Assembly: GCF_044704955.1 (NCBI RefSeq)
Contig: NC_091984.1
Span: forward strand, 148,118,001-148,182,000
Length of the DNA: 64,000 nt
Source of the DNA: Pristiophorus japonicus
Taxonomy: Eukaryota
Reading direction: 5' to 3'
The translations under genes and the position numbers were made by a program. Every line of letters starts with the position of its first letter. Within the stretch, counting starts at the first letter, position 1. A model generated the notes under the pieces. It did no database searches, had not been told where the DNA came from, and was given only the letters and a program-made list of their open reading frames with translations. Shown piece by piece: positions 27,005 through 37,704 of the stretch.

Positions 27005-27160
27005 NNNNNNNNNNNNNNNNNNNNNNNNNNNNNNNNNNNNNNNNNNNNNNNNNNNNNNNNNNNNNNNNNNNNNNNNNNNNNNNNNNNNNNNNNNNNNNNN
27101 NNNNNNNNNNNNNNNNNNNNNNNNNNNNNNNNNNNNNNNNNNNNNNNNNNNNNNNNNNNN
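27005..27160. other. Assembly gap (156 N)
   Basis: Run of N. Confidence 1.
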
Positions 27161-27667
27161 AGCCACACTAATACTCAGGGACATGTACATGGTGATACAC
27201 TGACTGCTCCTCTCCCGAAGCTGAGGCCTCACTCGGTACAGTTTTGTGCTGCTGCCACGTGCCACACGTTAAGGAGAGAGAATGCAACGTTGTGACTGGG
27301 GCCACCTGCTCCCAGATTGCCCCCAGCAGTCAGCACTGAGTGCACAGTGCGATCCCACCATCGGGGGCTGCCCCAACACCCCCAGTGTGCAGAGTGAGAA
27401 CCAATGCTCAGACTGGGAGGGTTTAATCCCAGCAGCTTTTAGAGTCTCTGTGTTTAATCTTGTGCACTCCAGGGGTTCGAGGTCAAATTGATCGTTTTAA
27501 AATGATTGATAATTGGCTTTGATTCAAATCTCCTGCTGACGTGCCATTGATTGACAGCCCACCCAGCCAATCAGGACAGACACTTACTGAAATGCAGCCA
27601 ATCCAGCTGAGGGGGAGGTGGGACATTTCCAAAACACTTGCCAGACACAGACTGAATATTCTTAACG

Positions 27668-27673
27668 TTTATT
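27668..27673 (-). terminator. Probable poly(A) signal of the Ig light-chain C exon
   Basis: AATAAA on the minus strand ~590 nt after the C stop, followed by a GT-rich element (GTCTGTGTCTGGCAAGTGTTTTGG). Confidence 0.6.
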
Positions 27674-27963
27674 GTCTTTTACAGATTCACATTTACAGAA
27701 ACAAAACTTGAATAAACAGCCCAGCGAGAGCGAGCTGGAGACATTCACAGGGAGAATGCAGCTTTTTTAAAACAGTTGTGGGGATTTTCTCCACACGATG
27801 AGAATCCTGTCCCTTTAAACGGGGACAAAACCTTGAATTGTAACAGCAGGGTGAGCAGGGAGGAGGTCTGCTTACTGAAGCGGCACTTCGCAGCTTAACA
27901 TTAGTTTTACTCTGTTGACAGTCCTCAGCACCTTCGAGAGGTTTTACTTGGCAGCACGAGTCA

Positions 27964-28107
27964 ACACTGTCCCATCAAACCCTCCCAGGGCAGGTACAGC
28001 ATGGGTTAGATACAGAGTAAAGCTCCCTCTACACTGTCCCATCAAACACTCCCAGGGCAGGTACAGCACGGGTTAGATACAGAGTAAAGCTCCCTCGACA
28101 CTGCCCC
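27964..28107 (+). repeat. 67-bp minisatellite (~2.1 copies) in the C exon 3' UTR
   Basis: acactgtcccatcaaacactcccagggcaggtacagcacgggttagatacagagtaaagctccctct starting at 27964, 28031 and 28098. Confidence 0.9.
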
Positions 28108-28265
28108 AATAACGTGCTTTACCCCCTGACCCTCAGATGCTTTCCCTGACCCAGTCCCGAGAAGGAAGAGAGTAGAAATGCAGTGCTGACAATGACCTTT
28201 GCCCTCCCGGCTCACCCCCTGTTCTATTTAAAGTTGTGTCTCCCCCGCGGACTGTCCCTGACACA

Positions 28266-28594
28266 CTACGCACATTCTGCTCTCCTGACGCCCTTGCTGA
28301 GGGGAGAGGAGAGACTCTCGTGGGTGAGGCTGCAGGAGAAGCTGGCGTTGGACTCCCAGTCGGAGCCAGAGAGGGTCAGCAGGCTGCTGACACTGTAGGT
28401 GTTGTCCGAAGCTCGCAGGTAGTCGCTGGTCTGGACCCCGGCCGAAATGGTCGCCCCGTCCTTCTTCCACTCCACCTCCACCGCATCGGGGTAGAAGTGA
28501 TCGGCGAGGCACACCAGGGTGGCAGTGCCCTTGGTCGTGACCTCCTCCGGGGAGGGGGGCAGCAGGGTCAGCGTGGGTGGTGTCTTCCCTCAGC
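28266..28594 (-). pseudogene. IGKC: Immunoglobulin light chain constant exon, shark kappa (type III/NS4-like), with premature stop
   Basis: Acceptor ttctcctccctttcag, then GC TGA GGG AAG...: (S)*GKTPPTLTLLPPSPEEVTTKGTATLVCLADHFYPDAVEVEWKKDG...TYSVSSLLTLSGSDWESNASFSCSLTHESLSSPLSKGVRRAECA*. Both Ig Cys, the Trp and the penultimate Cys are intact. Confidence 0.93.
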
Positions 28595-28839
28595 CTGAAA
28601 GGGAGGAGAAGGATGTTTAATAGGTGTATATTAGTCTGTGTGTGTGTCTGTGTGTGTGTGTGTGTGTGTCACTGTGGGGATAATTCACATCTGATAACGG
28701 AGAGCTGGGTTAATGAACTCCTGTCTGGTGATTAACCATTAGAGGTGAGCAACACTAATTCTTAATCTTCTTCGCTTGGCTTGACAAGTTTAGTCTAAAT
28801 ATAAATGCGTTTGATGTTAAGGGTGACAAATCAAAACAC

Positions 28840-29247
28840 TTTACACACAATGAAGTACTTTGGGAGTGTAGTCACTGTTGTAATGTTGGAAACACGGCAG
28901 CCAAAATGTGCACAGCAAGCTCCCACAAACAGCGATGTGATGACGACTTGATAATCTGTTCTTTTGTCATGTTGGTTGAAGGATAAATATTGACCAGGAG
29001 ACTGGGGAGAACTCCCCTGCTCTTCTTCAAAATAGTGGCATGGGATCTTTTACATCCACCTGAGAGGGCAGACGGGGACTCAGTTTAATGTCTCATCTGA
29101 AAGACGGCACCTCCGACAATGCAGTGCTCCCTCAGCATTGCACTGGAGTGTCAGCCTAGATTTTTATGCCCAAGTTGCTGGACTGGGAATTAACCCCACA
29201 ACCTTCTGACTCAGAGGCGAGAGTGCAACGCACTGAGCCACGGCTGA
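28840..29247 (-). mobile_element. Deu-type tRNA-derived SINE in the J-C intron
   Basis: Minus strand TCAGCCGTGGCTCAGTG...GGTTGTGGGG head; homologous to 12790-13390. Confidence 0.8.
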
Positions 29248-29601
29248 TACTGAAAATCATATTGGACTGTTGTATAAACATCTGCAGTGCAGGATTGCCG
29301 CACATTCAGCACTGAAATGGTTAACAGTAAGAGTTCGTAAAGACTGAGTGTCCCGTTAAGACGCTGTTCACTGGCAGGAAGCTCGAACTGTAGATGGGTG
29401 GATACAGGGGAAACAGGCTCAGCAGTGAGAAAGCTCAGATCACACACAGATCGGGAGAACTTTATCAGGGAACATTGCGGCACACTTATATCAACATACT
29501 TCAGCAAGGCTTCATGTTGGGTGTCGGTGTAGAAGCTTCTAGATTGCATTTAAAAGCTTGCTGCCCAGCACCGGGGTGAGGTCAAGGGTGAGGCTACAAT
29601 T

Positions 29602-31187
29602 TGTAAGGGGTGATTTGCAAAGGGTCAGCTTTCCCTTCTGACCTTATATGAGTGGTCCCGAATCGCTCCCACACCCTTGGTTCTAGACACTGGAATTATG
29701 AAGGGACTGTGACAGACTTGGACAGACAATCGGTTTCAAGGTAGGAAGCAGGTATGGCTTTATTGTGTTTAAAAAGAAGTAAAAGGCACACCTTTAATAA
29801 CACACACACAGATCAATACACACTGAAGGGTACAACACATTGAATAAAATGTCAAATTACAGCCTGTGGGGAAAAGAATACCGCTTAAACTCTAAATGGG
29901 GTAAAGAGGAGAATGCAGATACATTTACACAAGTTATCCCAGCCTCCCCCCTCCCAATTCCCCTAACTAACTAAGTTATAGCTCTGAGGGTTCAGGGGCC
30001 ATGCTCACCAATCCCTTTAGACAGTTGCCGGTGAATCGTGGTTTCGGGGTTTGCTGCACTTGGCCTCCTAGGTGAGCTGTACCCCGGACGGAGGAGAGGA
30101 CTTCGGACTGCGTAGTCTTCAGTTGGGGTGCGTCCGTTGATGCGGTAATTTGCGTTTCGGATGTATGGGATAAGTAGCCACTTTCTTTGGTTTTAGTTAG
30201 TCCTTTTAGGTAATTTCTCACCCGTTGGCTGTTCAGAAGTAGATTGTAGAGTGGAGATAAATGTTGATTCTTCGGTTTTTGCCGAGTTGGTTTTGGTTGG
30301 TCGTTTTGCTGGTTGTGGTGGCCCGGGTTTGTCAATTTGGTTGCTGACAACCTTCCATTTCATGGGCCTCGTGCTCGGTCGGTCCTTGACGATTTCTTGT
30401 AGGTTGCTTCACGACTCCATTTCTTCACTCCGGCTGCTTGTGTCTGTCTGTGTTCATTTCGAGTCTGTGTCCTGTTCGAGTCTGTGTCCTGTTCGAGTCT
30501 GTGTCCTGTTCGAGTCTGTGTTCATTTCGAGTCTGTGTTCCTTTCGAGTCTGTGTTCTGCTAGTCCTGTGTTCTGCTACTTCTGTGTTCTGCTAGCTTTC
30601 CTTGTAAAACTGGGGGATAGATATATCCCAAAAAAAGGCTCCGTTATCTCCCATCAAATCTCTTGGGCTCTGTTTAAACTGTTCTGTCCATTGATTTTCA
30701 AATATCTCCTTTGTCAGCAGTAACTCGATTAGGGTGTGAGAATGTGCTATCACTGGTTTTGCATTGTTTTAGGATTGTCCAGTTTTTCTGACCATGATTT
30801 CCATTGTGCTTGATTGGGTAATTCGATTATCTCTTAGAGGGTGAATAGCCTGGGGTCCTTAATACATGAATTTGCTTCAGACGTTGGCCCCACCTCCTGT
30901 ATTTGGTAACTCTTTTTCGCAGCCAAAATATTGTAGAATCTTAAAATCGATATGCTCCTTCCCATAGATGTTTAGGGTATCTCAAGCTTCTGTAATTTAG
31001 GTCCATTTTGAATTCCCTTTCCTACGAGTCCAAACACTGGGGGGGGGTCTCCATGAATGCATCCCCTTTTAACCCCCGCAGGCTTCGTCTGCCCCTTTAA
31101 ACTCATTTTAAAAGCCCAGAAAGGGATTCTTCTCCTCTGTAGGGGAAAGGTACCTGGAATCTTTGCGAGATATTGGTAAATTCTACA
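29602..31187 (-). repeat. 3' LTR (1586 bp)
   Basis: Direct repeat of 37705-39238; preceded by PPT CAGGGGGAA (31196-31188); AATAAA at 29764-29759. Confidence 0.95.
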
Positions 31188-31746
31188 TTCCCCCTGTGAT
31201 ACCATATCACTTATGGTATCATCTTCGAGGTGAGCAAAGTTCCTGACTCCCAAGAGATAACCTTCTCCGTAAATTAGCTAAACTAATACCCAAAATGCAT
31301 TACACTTATGTAACATCACCATAGATGCACACTTTTCCCTTTACAGGTACAAACTTTTTACATTTATACCCTCCCAGCTTGGAGGGGGTTCAATCACTAC
31401 AATTGTATTTCAGCACAGTTACATTTCATTTCAGTTACATTATATTCACCAGCATATAGGCAACGTACAACCACATTACAGAAGGGAAAAAAACATAGAT
31501 TAAAATTAAACAACATCAATTGGTCTCCTGAGGTTTGTCCATTACCCGGTAATGTCTGGATCCTGCCCTTGAGAACTGCTCTCAGGCTGGCTGACACACA
31601 AGACAAACTCAAAATAATCACCTCAACATTACTGCAACATTAACCTCAATTCTAAACGAAACCTTAAAATGTAAAATGGTGCAGTCAGCTGCCTTAAACT
31701 AAAATTAGAGCTATGTACAACCTCCACCCGTCTCCGGGTGGCCTGG

Positions 31747-34700
31747 TTAGTCCCTGTCAGGCCCATGCCTTGTGCGGCCTGATAGCCGCCTGGGTGCTAG
31801 GGTTTCCCCGCAGCCGGTGAGCTGGAGACCCTTGTCTCTGGGACAGCTCATTGCTACTGCTCCTGTGAGACCCTCACCGCTGGAGGCGGCTGGCTGGTGG
31901 TCCCTACTCTGAGCGGCCTCTGTACTTCTGACCTTCGGCCTTTCCTGTCGGGCTGCCCTTCTCCTAGGGTAGAATCGCTGAGGCTCAGATGCCAGTGACC
32001 ACAGTATCTTTGGCCGTGGTGTACGGAGGGTCCTTCTCAGGGCTTGGGTTACTGGGGGTGCGTCCGAATCCCAAACGATGGGTGGGATAGCCCCTCCAGT
32101 ACTGCAATTCACCGCCACTATAGGCACGGTTTCTGAGCCTGCCACATTCCCTGTGGCCCTCCACCGTCGGGGGCGGCCAACGGAGGGTCCCTGTCCTGAG
32201 GACGGTTCACCCCTCCCGGCTGCCCTCTGTGCTTGGCTGACCCTGGGTTGTACAGCTTGCACTGGTTGATGTGGAACCACTTAGTACGGTGGGGCAGCTT
32301 TATGGCACAGACCATCGGGCTTGCCTTGTCCACAATGCTGTATGGCCCCATATATAATGCTTCAAAAACACTGACCTGAGCATAGTTCCTCACCATGACC
32401 TGGTCCCCTATCTCCCATTCGTGGTGTTTGCTAGGTTCTAGCAGCAATTGGTTCCCCTGATGCTGTCTGCCCATGTTACTAGCAGCCTGCCAGTGAATCT
32501 GTTTGAGGTGTTCAAACAGGTTCCTGACAAACCGGTCCCGGTTCACCTCTCTGAGCTGACCTTCTGTGAGCACCGGGGTTCGGATATGGGTGGGGTTCCG
32601 CATGATCCGGCCAGTCATGAGCTCGTATGGGGAATATCCGATGCTCTTTGACTGGCTGGGCTCGGATCCCCATTAGGACCAACGGTAAGACCTCCACCCA
32701 CTTTTGGGGTGAGTCTCTCGTTTCCTTCCGCAGCTTTTCTTTAATGGTGCAGTTTAAATGCTCCACAATACCGGATGACTGTGGATTGTGGGCAACGTGC
32801 CATTTCCCCTCAATGCCGAGCACCTTAAGGGTTGCCTGCATTACCTGCCCGGTGAAATGGCTCCCCTGGTCCGACTCCACATACTGTGGGAGTCCCCACT
32901 GGGAGAACACTTCCCTCACTAGAATCTTAGCTGTCCCTCGTGCGGTGGCTGTTCGGCAGGGGAAGGCTTCAACCCATTTTGAGAACACGTCCATCAGGAC
33001 TCGGAAGTATTAGTAGCCTCCCTGGGCGGTGAGTAGGGGCCCGATGTAGTCAATTTGGATTGACTGCCATGGTCCCTCTACCCTCCTGACGTGTCCTAGG
33101 GACACCTTCCTTTTCTGGGGGTCAGGGTTGTTCGTAGCACACACCAGGCAGTTCGCACAGAACTCGCGGACATCCTCCTTGAGTCCCGGCCACCATCCTG
33201 CCTGTTCCACCCGTTGCCAGGTGGTCTCAGGCCCGGGGTGTCCCGCTCCTGGACCCTCATGGGCCAGTTTTAGGAATTCCCTCTGGTGCTGCTGTGGCAC
33301 GACCCATTGTCCCTCTTTAAACAGCATGCCTTCCTTAACGGTAATGGCTGCTGTGCCGTACGGACCTTCTACTCTCTCTCCTCTAGCTAGCACATTCAGG
33401 ACAGCTTTCAGGACTGGGTCCTGTGCCTGAACTGTTTTTAAGTCCGGGGCCAAAGCTATACCTGTACTCACCGCTGCCCTGTTCTTATTCTTGACCGCTG
33501 CTATGCGGCCGGTGTCATAGGGGTCCCAGAACTTTCCCGTGCGGGCACCTTCTTTGGCCAGTTTGTCAGCCTGTTGGTTTCCCTCTGCTAGGGGTTCAGT
33601 TTTTGAATGGGCCTTCACCTTATGTATGTAGACCTTTCTTTCTTCCCCCAAGATTTTCTCCAGCAGGGGCTTGATTGCCAGGGGTCTCCCATCAGCGGAC
33701 ATGTATCCGCGACGGGACCAGAGAGCCAGGTACTCCGTACATGAATTGCAGGTGAACATACTGTCCGAGCAAATCGTGTACGGAGTAGGGAATTCCTCGG
33801 GGTGGATCACCACGTACATTACGGCGGACAGTTCAGCGTGCTGGGCCCTCATGGTGCTGGGCAGCTTGATTGCCAGGGCAATATCTGCCCTTGGGTCATA
33901 GACTCCGCACCCAGTGAGTCATTCGCCAACAGATACCGTGCTGGACCCGTCCACGTAGATGTCCCGGCCTGTAGGGTGTAACCCAGCCTGAAGGCCAATG
34001 CTCACCTCCCATACCCCTTCTATGGAGCACCTGTGGGCTTTCCCAGGATAGATTAGGTTGGCTGCGAGCCTTGATCACGGGGGCCTTCTACTCTGAGGTC
34101 CATCTGGGAGAGGAGCAGGGTCCAGCGAGCAATGCGGGCACTGCTCACCGTCCTGTCCTTAATCCTCCCATCTAGGAGCATCTGAGTCGGTGTGTGGTGG
34201 GTTAGGAGTGTTAGAGGAGACCCTTCCGTGAAGATGAAAGATCTTTTCACTGCCCAATGTGTGGCTCGGAGATGTCTCTCACAGTTGGAGTACCACTTCT
34301 CCACATCTGTTGGGATACTGGAGGAGTAAACCACTAAGGCCAGTAAGGCCGTGCTGCTCTTGAAGCAGCACTGAGCTCAAATTGTCCCCGCTGGCTGCCA
34401 CCTCCAGGAAAAACTCCTTTCCTACATCTATCGTACCTGCAAGTCCTTCTTGAGCTGATTAAATGCTGCCTCGCAACCCTCATCCCAGTCCCACTCTACA
34501 CCCTTGTGTAGGAGCCTGAGCAGAGGGGCTGCAGTGGCTGCATAATCCTCAATGAAGTCTCTGTAGTACCCGGTGAGTCCTAGAAAGGATCTTACCCCTG
34601 TCACTGTGTTGGGGGCTGGTAACTCCTGTACTGCCTCCCTTCTAGCCTTGTCTATGGCCCTTTCCCCAGCACGCACAGTCAGCCCCAGGAATTTGACTTC

Positions 34701-35870
34701 CTTCTGGCCGACCTGTGCCTTCTTGGGGTTTACTTTAAACCCTTCTTCTTTTAGCAGCTCCAGCAGCTCAGCCAGCAGTGGGCCATGCTCCTCCCCCTGA
34801 TCGGTGAACAGGAGCAGGTCATCCACATACTGCACCAACTGCTGGGGTCTGCTGAAGCCCTTTAAACAGTTCGCCATGCATTGGTGAAAAATGCTGGGGC
34901 TGTTGTGGAAGCCTTGGGGAAGACAGTTCCACGTGTATTGTTGGCCCTTAAAGGTTTTAAAGGAATGGACCAGAACCCATTTGAAATGTCCAGCACCGTG
35001 AAAGTGGTCGCGGATGCTGGAATACTCCCTATGAGATCCGCTACGGCTGCTACAGTGGGTGCACAGGCAGTGATATTCTTATTTAGTATTCAATAGTCCA
35101 CGGTGGCCCTCCATGAGTTGTTCGGTTTCTTAACCGGCCACAGTGGAGAGTTCACACGGGTGGCTATCGGTCTTAACACCCCTTGCTCTACCAGTGATCC
35201 CAGCGCCGTTGTCAGGTCTGCCTCTGCCTCCCTGGGGAAGTTATATTGCTTTTGTGGTCGGGTCATGGGGTCCCCTACTATACTAACTTCCAGCCCCTGT
35301 TACCCTACCACAGTCATGTTTGTGGGTGGCGAATGCTGCAAGGTGTGCCCGTACATATGCCTGGTACTCCACTGGGGTGTTACTGACCAGTAATTCCAAG
35401 TCATAACCGTCCTTTGGCTTCACGGTACACAATGTTCCCTTGGCCCCTTTTTCTGGGATCACCGCCACCTCACCTTCCCTGTCAGTCACTATGGCTCCCC
35501 ATAGACAGTGGTTCCTGAGATCCACTAGGATCTGGTGGGCAATGATAAAATCAGCCCCCAGGATCCCTTTTCCCTTCTGCTCCCATTCCATCAGGACACA
35601 CTTCCATTTGGTTTTGAGTGTCCCTAACTGAATGGTGAGCAGGATGGAAAACGAACCAGTTTGCTCATTGCCTGTGAACCCCACTAGACTGTACGGGACC
35701 CCGTTCGATAGAGGTGAGGTAGCTGGGTTATCTGCATATACAAGGGTGCTGGAAGCACCAGTATCTAGCAGGTAGGTCCCTTTCACTTTCTCCACCTCCA
35801 TCGTAACGCAAGGTCTCTTCCAGGAATCATACTCTCGGGAACACAGGTACACAGGCTGAGCTGGCTCTAG
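31747..35870 (-). pseudogene. pol: pro-pol polyprotein (protease, RT, tether, RNase H, integrase), frameshifted
   Basis: LLDTGAS; FTVLDISNGFWSIPL; QYTWNCLPQGFHNSP; QYVDDLL; tether with FLEVAAS..VSSARIARWTLLL; RNase H YVDGS/AQHAEL/ICSDS/EGNQQAD; IN H..H, C..C, IQIDYIG, ESDQG, PQSSGIVE, GPY. Confidence 0.9.
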
Positions 35871-37703
35871 TCATGCATCTGGGTGGGTTGGAGCAGAGGG
35901 TTTTACCGTACCGGCTACTGCACCAGTTGCGATAGCTACTGCTCCCTGTCCGTTTATGAGTGTCTGTAGGGCGGCTACGAGTGTCTCATATGAGTCGGGT
36001 GTTCCTGCCCCGGCCTTACGGGCTGGGGCTGAAGTGGCCTTTCCCTTAGTCCCTTTCCATGGGTTCCTACAGTTCTTCCTCCAGTGCCCACTTTTCCCAC
36101 ACCCAACACACTCGCCTCCTTTATGGGGAGGGTTCCCACTTTCCTGATGCCACTCTCTCTTGCCTTAGCTGGGTTTAATCTCATGGACCCTCCCTTTAGA
36201 GGAGGGCTCCTCTGTCCCTCTACCGTTCCGGTAAGCCAGGGTCAACTGTCTGACCACTGTCTCCTCGGTGGTTCTGGGATCTCTTGGATCGAACCAGACC
36301 TCGACTTTTGCCTTTACTCCAGGTAAGCTGTTTGCCACCAGGCTGCGGAGCCAGTGAGCCAGCTCGTTAGGGTTCAGGTGGGCCCGGTCAAGAACCCCAC
36401 TACAGGCCCTTTCGTAGACCGGCCACAACCTGTCGGCGAAAGCCTGTGGAGTCTCCCCATAGAGCTGCACTGTTTTCTCCACTCGGGAGAAAGGACTCCC
36501 GTCGTTCATACCCATGGCCTCTGGAACCTCCTCCTTAACTGTAGCGTACGTGTTTCGCCCCTTTCTGCTGTCTGCAGAGAGGGAATGGCACAGCTTGGTG
36601 TCTAGTGAGAAGAGCAACAGCTTAGCCTGCTCCGAATCATCGCACCCGTTAATATCCCCTGTGTGTTCCACTTCCAGGAAGTGTACCGAGGGATCCCCCT
36701 GTTGGGTGAGCTTACTTAGGTGGCCTATCATAGCCCTCAGTTTTTGGGTGTCGTGGGGGACTACGAAGTTGCATTCTAGGGGTCCTGCTGCCCCATTGGC
36801 ATCAGGCGGGCCAAACTTCTGCTGCCGGACCGGGTCCATTGGCCCTGGTTTCGGCCCTTCTTGTATTGGCTTGCCCTCTTCCCCCTGCTGCCAAGCCGAA
36901 TTAAAACTCGGGGCTGCCGGTGTTAGTAGTTCGTAATCCTTGCCTGCCCCGCACTCTGGCTGACACCCCTGCTGCCCGGGGCCATTCCTGGGAGCTACAG
37001 GTGGTGACTGAGGGGTTTCTCCTTGCCCAACCAGGTGTTCCTGGGCTAAACCCGGGTTTATCAGGCACACCATGCCTTTAGCCCAGGATAGAGCAAGGTT
37101 CAAGCTTTGGATCTGCTGCTGGCAGCGGCCGTGGTCTCCTGGCTCAAATTCCCTGGTACTGGCTACCTTATAGGCTACCTGAATGTGTCTCACCCTCTCC
37201 CCATACTCTTTAACTTGCTTGGCGAGGCAGGAATTCTCTTCCCGCAACGCCCGTTTGCTATTCTTGGCTTCAATAATCTGACACCGTAAAAGGTCCAGTT
37301 GGGTTTTGTGCCTTTCTTTAGTGAGCTCTCTACTTTCCTTTAACTGTCCCACCTCTGTCCACAACCTTTCCCCGACTGTGGCCCTTGCGCTGGACCTCTC
37401 TTCTGCCTGTCTCAATACTCCCTTTAATTTCTCATTCTCCTCATCTCGAAGCCGGGTCTGTTGCTGAAGGCAAATTAGCCAAATGGCCTTCTCTATCGTC
37501 CTTTTATGGTCCTTGTTATCGGTCCATTGAGCTGCAGCATCTTCTGGATGCTCAGCATACAATAGATCGATTACCCACTCCTTAGCCACATTTACCCTCT
37601 TAAACACATATGAGGAAATCTCCTCTTCCATTTTGCTTTGTTTCCTGAAACCAGTCTCTCTCTTATCACGTCCCTTGTACCAGTGTCCTATCTGGGTTGC
37701 CAT
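35871..37703 (-). pseudogene. gag: gag (coiled-coil N-terminus, capsid, CCHC knuckle, PSAP), single premature TAA
   Basis: The 512-aa ORF stops at TAA 36167-36165, but the same frame continues GKREW...CVGCGKSGHWRKNC...KPSAPTHPDA to TGA at 35873-35871. Confidence 0.88.
37685..37702 (-). promoter_or_regulatory. Primer binding site, tRNA-Arg
   Basis: TGGCAACCCAGATAGGAC, 2 nt after the LTR; 16/18 match to the complement of vertebrate tRNA-Arg(CCG) 3' end (TGGCGACCCAGATGGGAC). Confidence 0.75.
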
Positions 37704-37704
37704 G

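Noticed and set aside
29180-29247. tRNA gene
   Set aside because: It is the tRNA-derived head of a SINE, continuous with the SINE body.
29976-30350. Accessory ORF within the long LTR
   Set aside because: Non-ATG start, truncated in the other LTR, and no recognisable motif.
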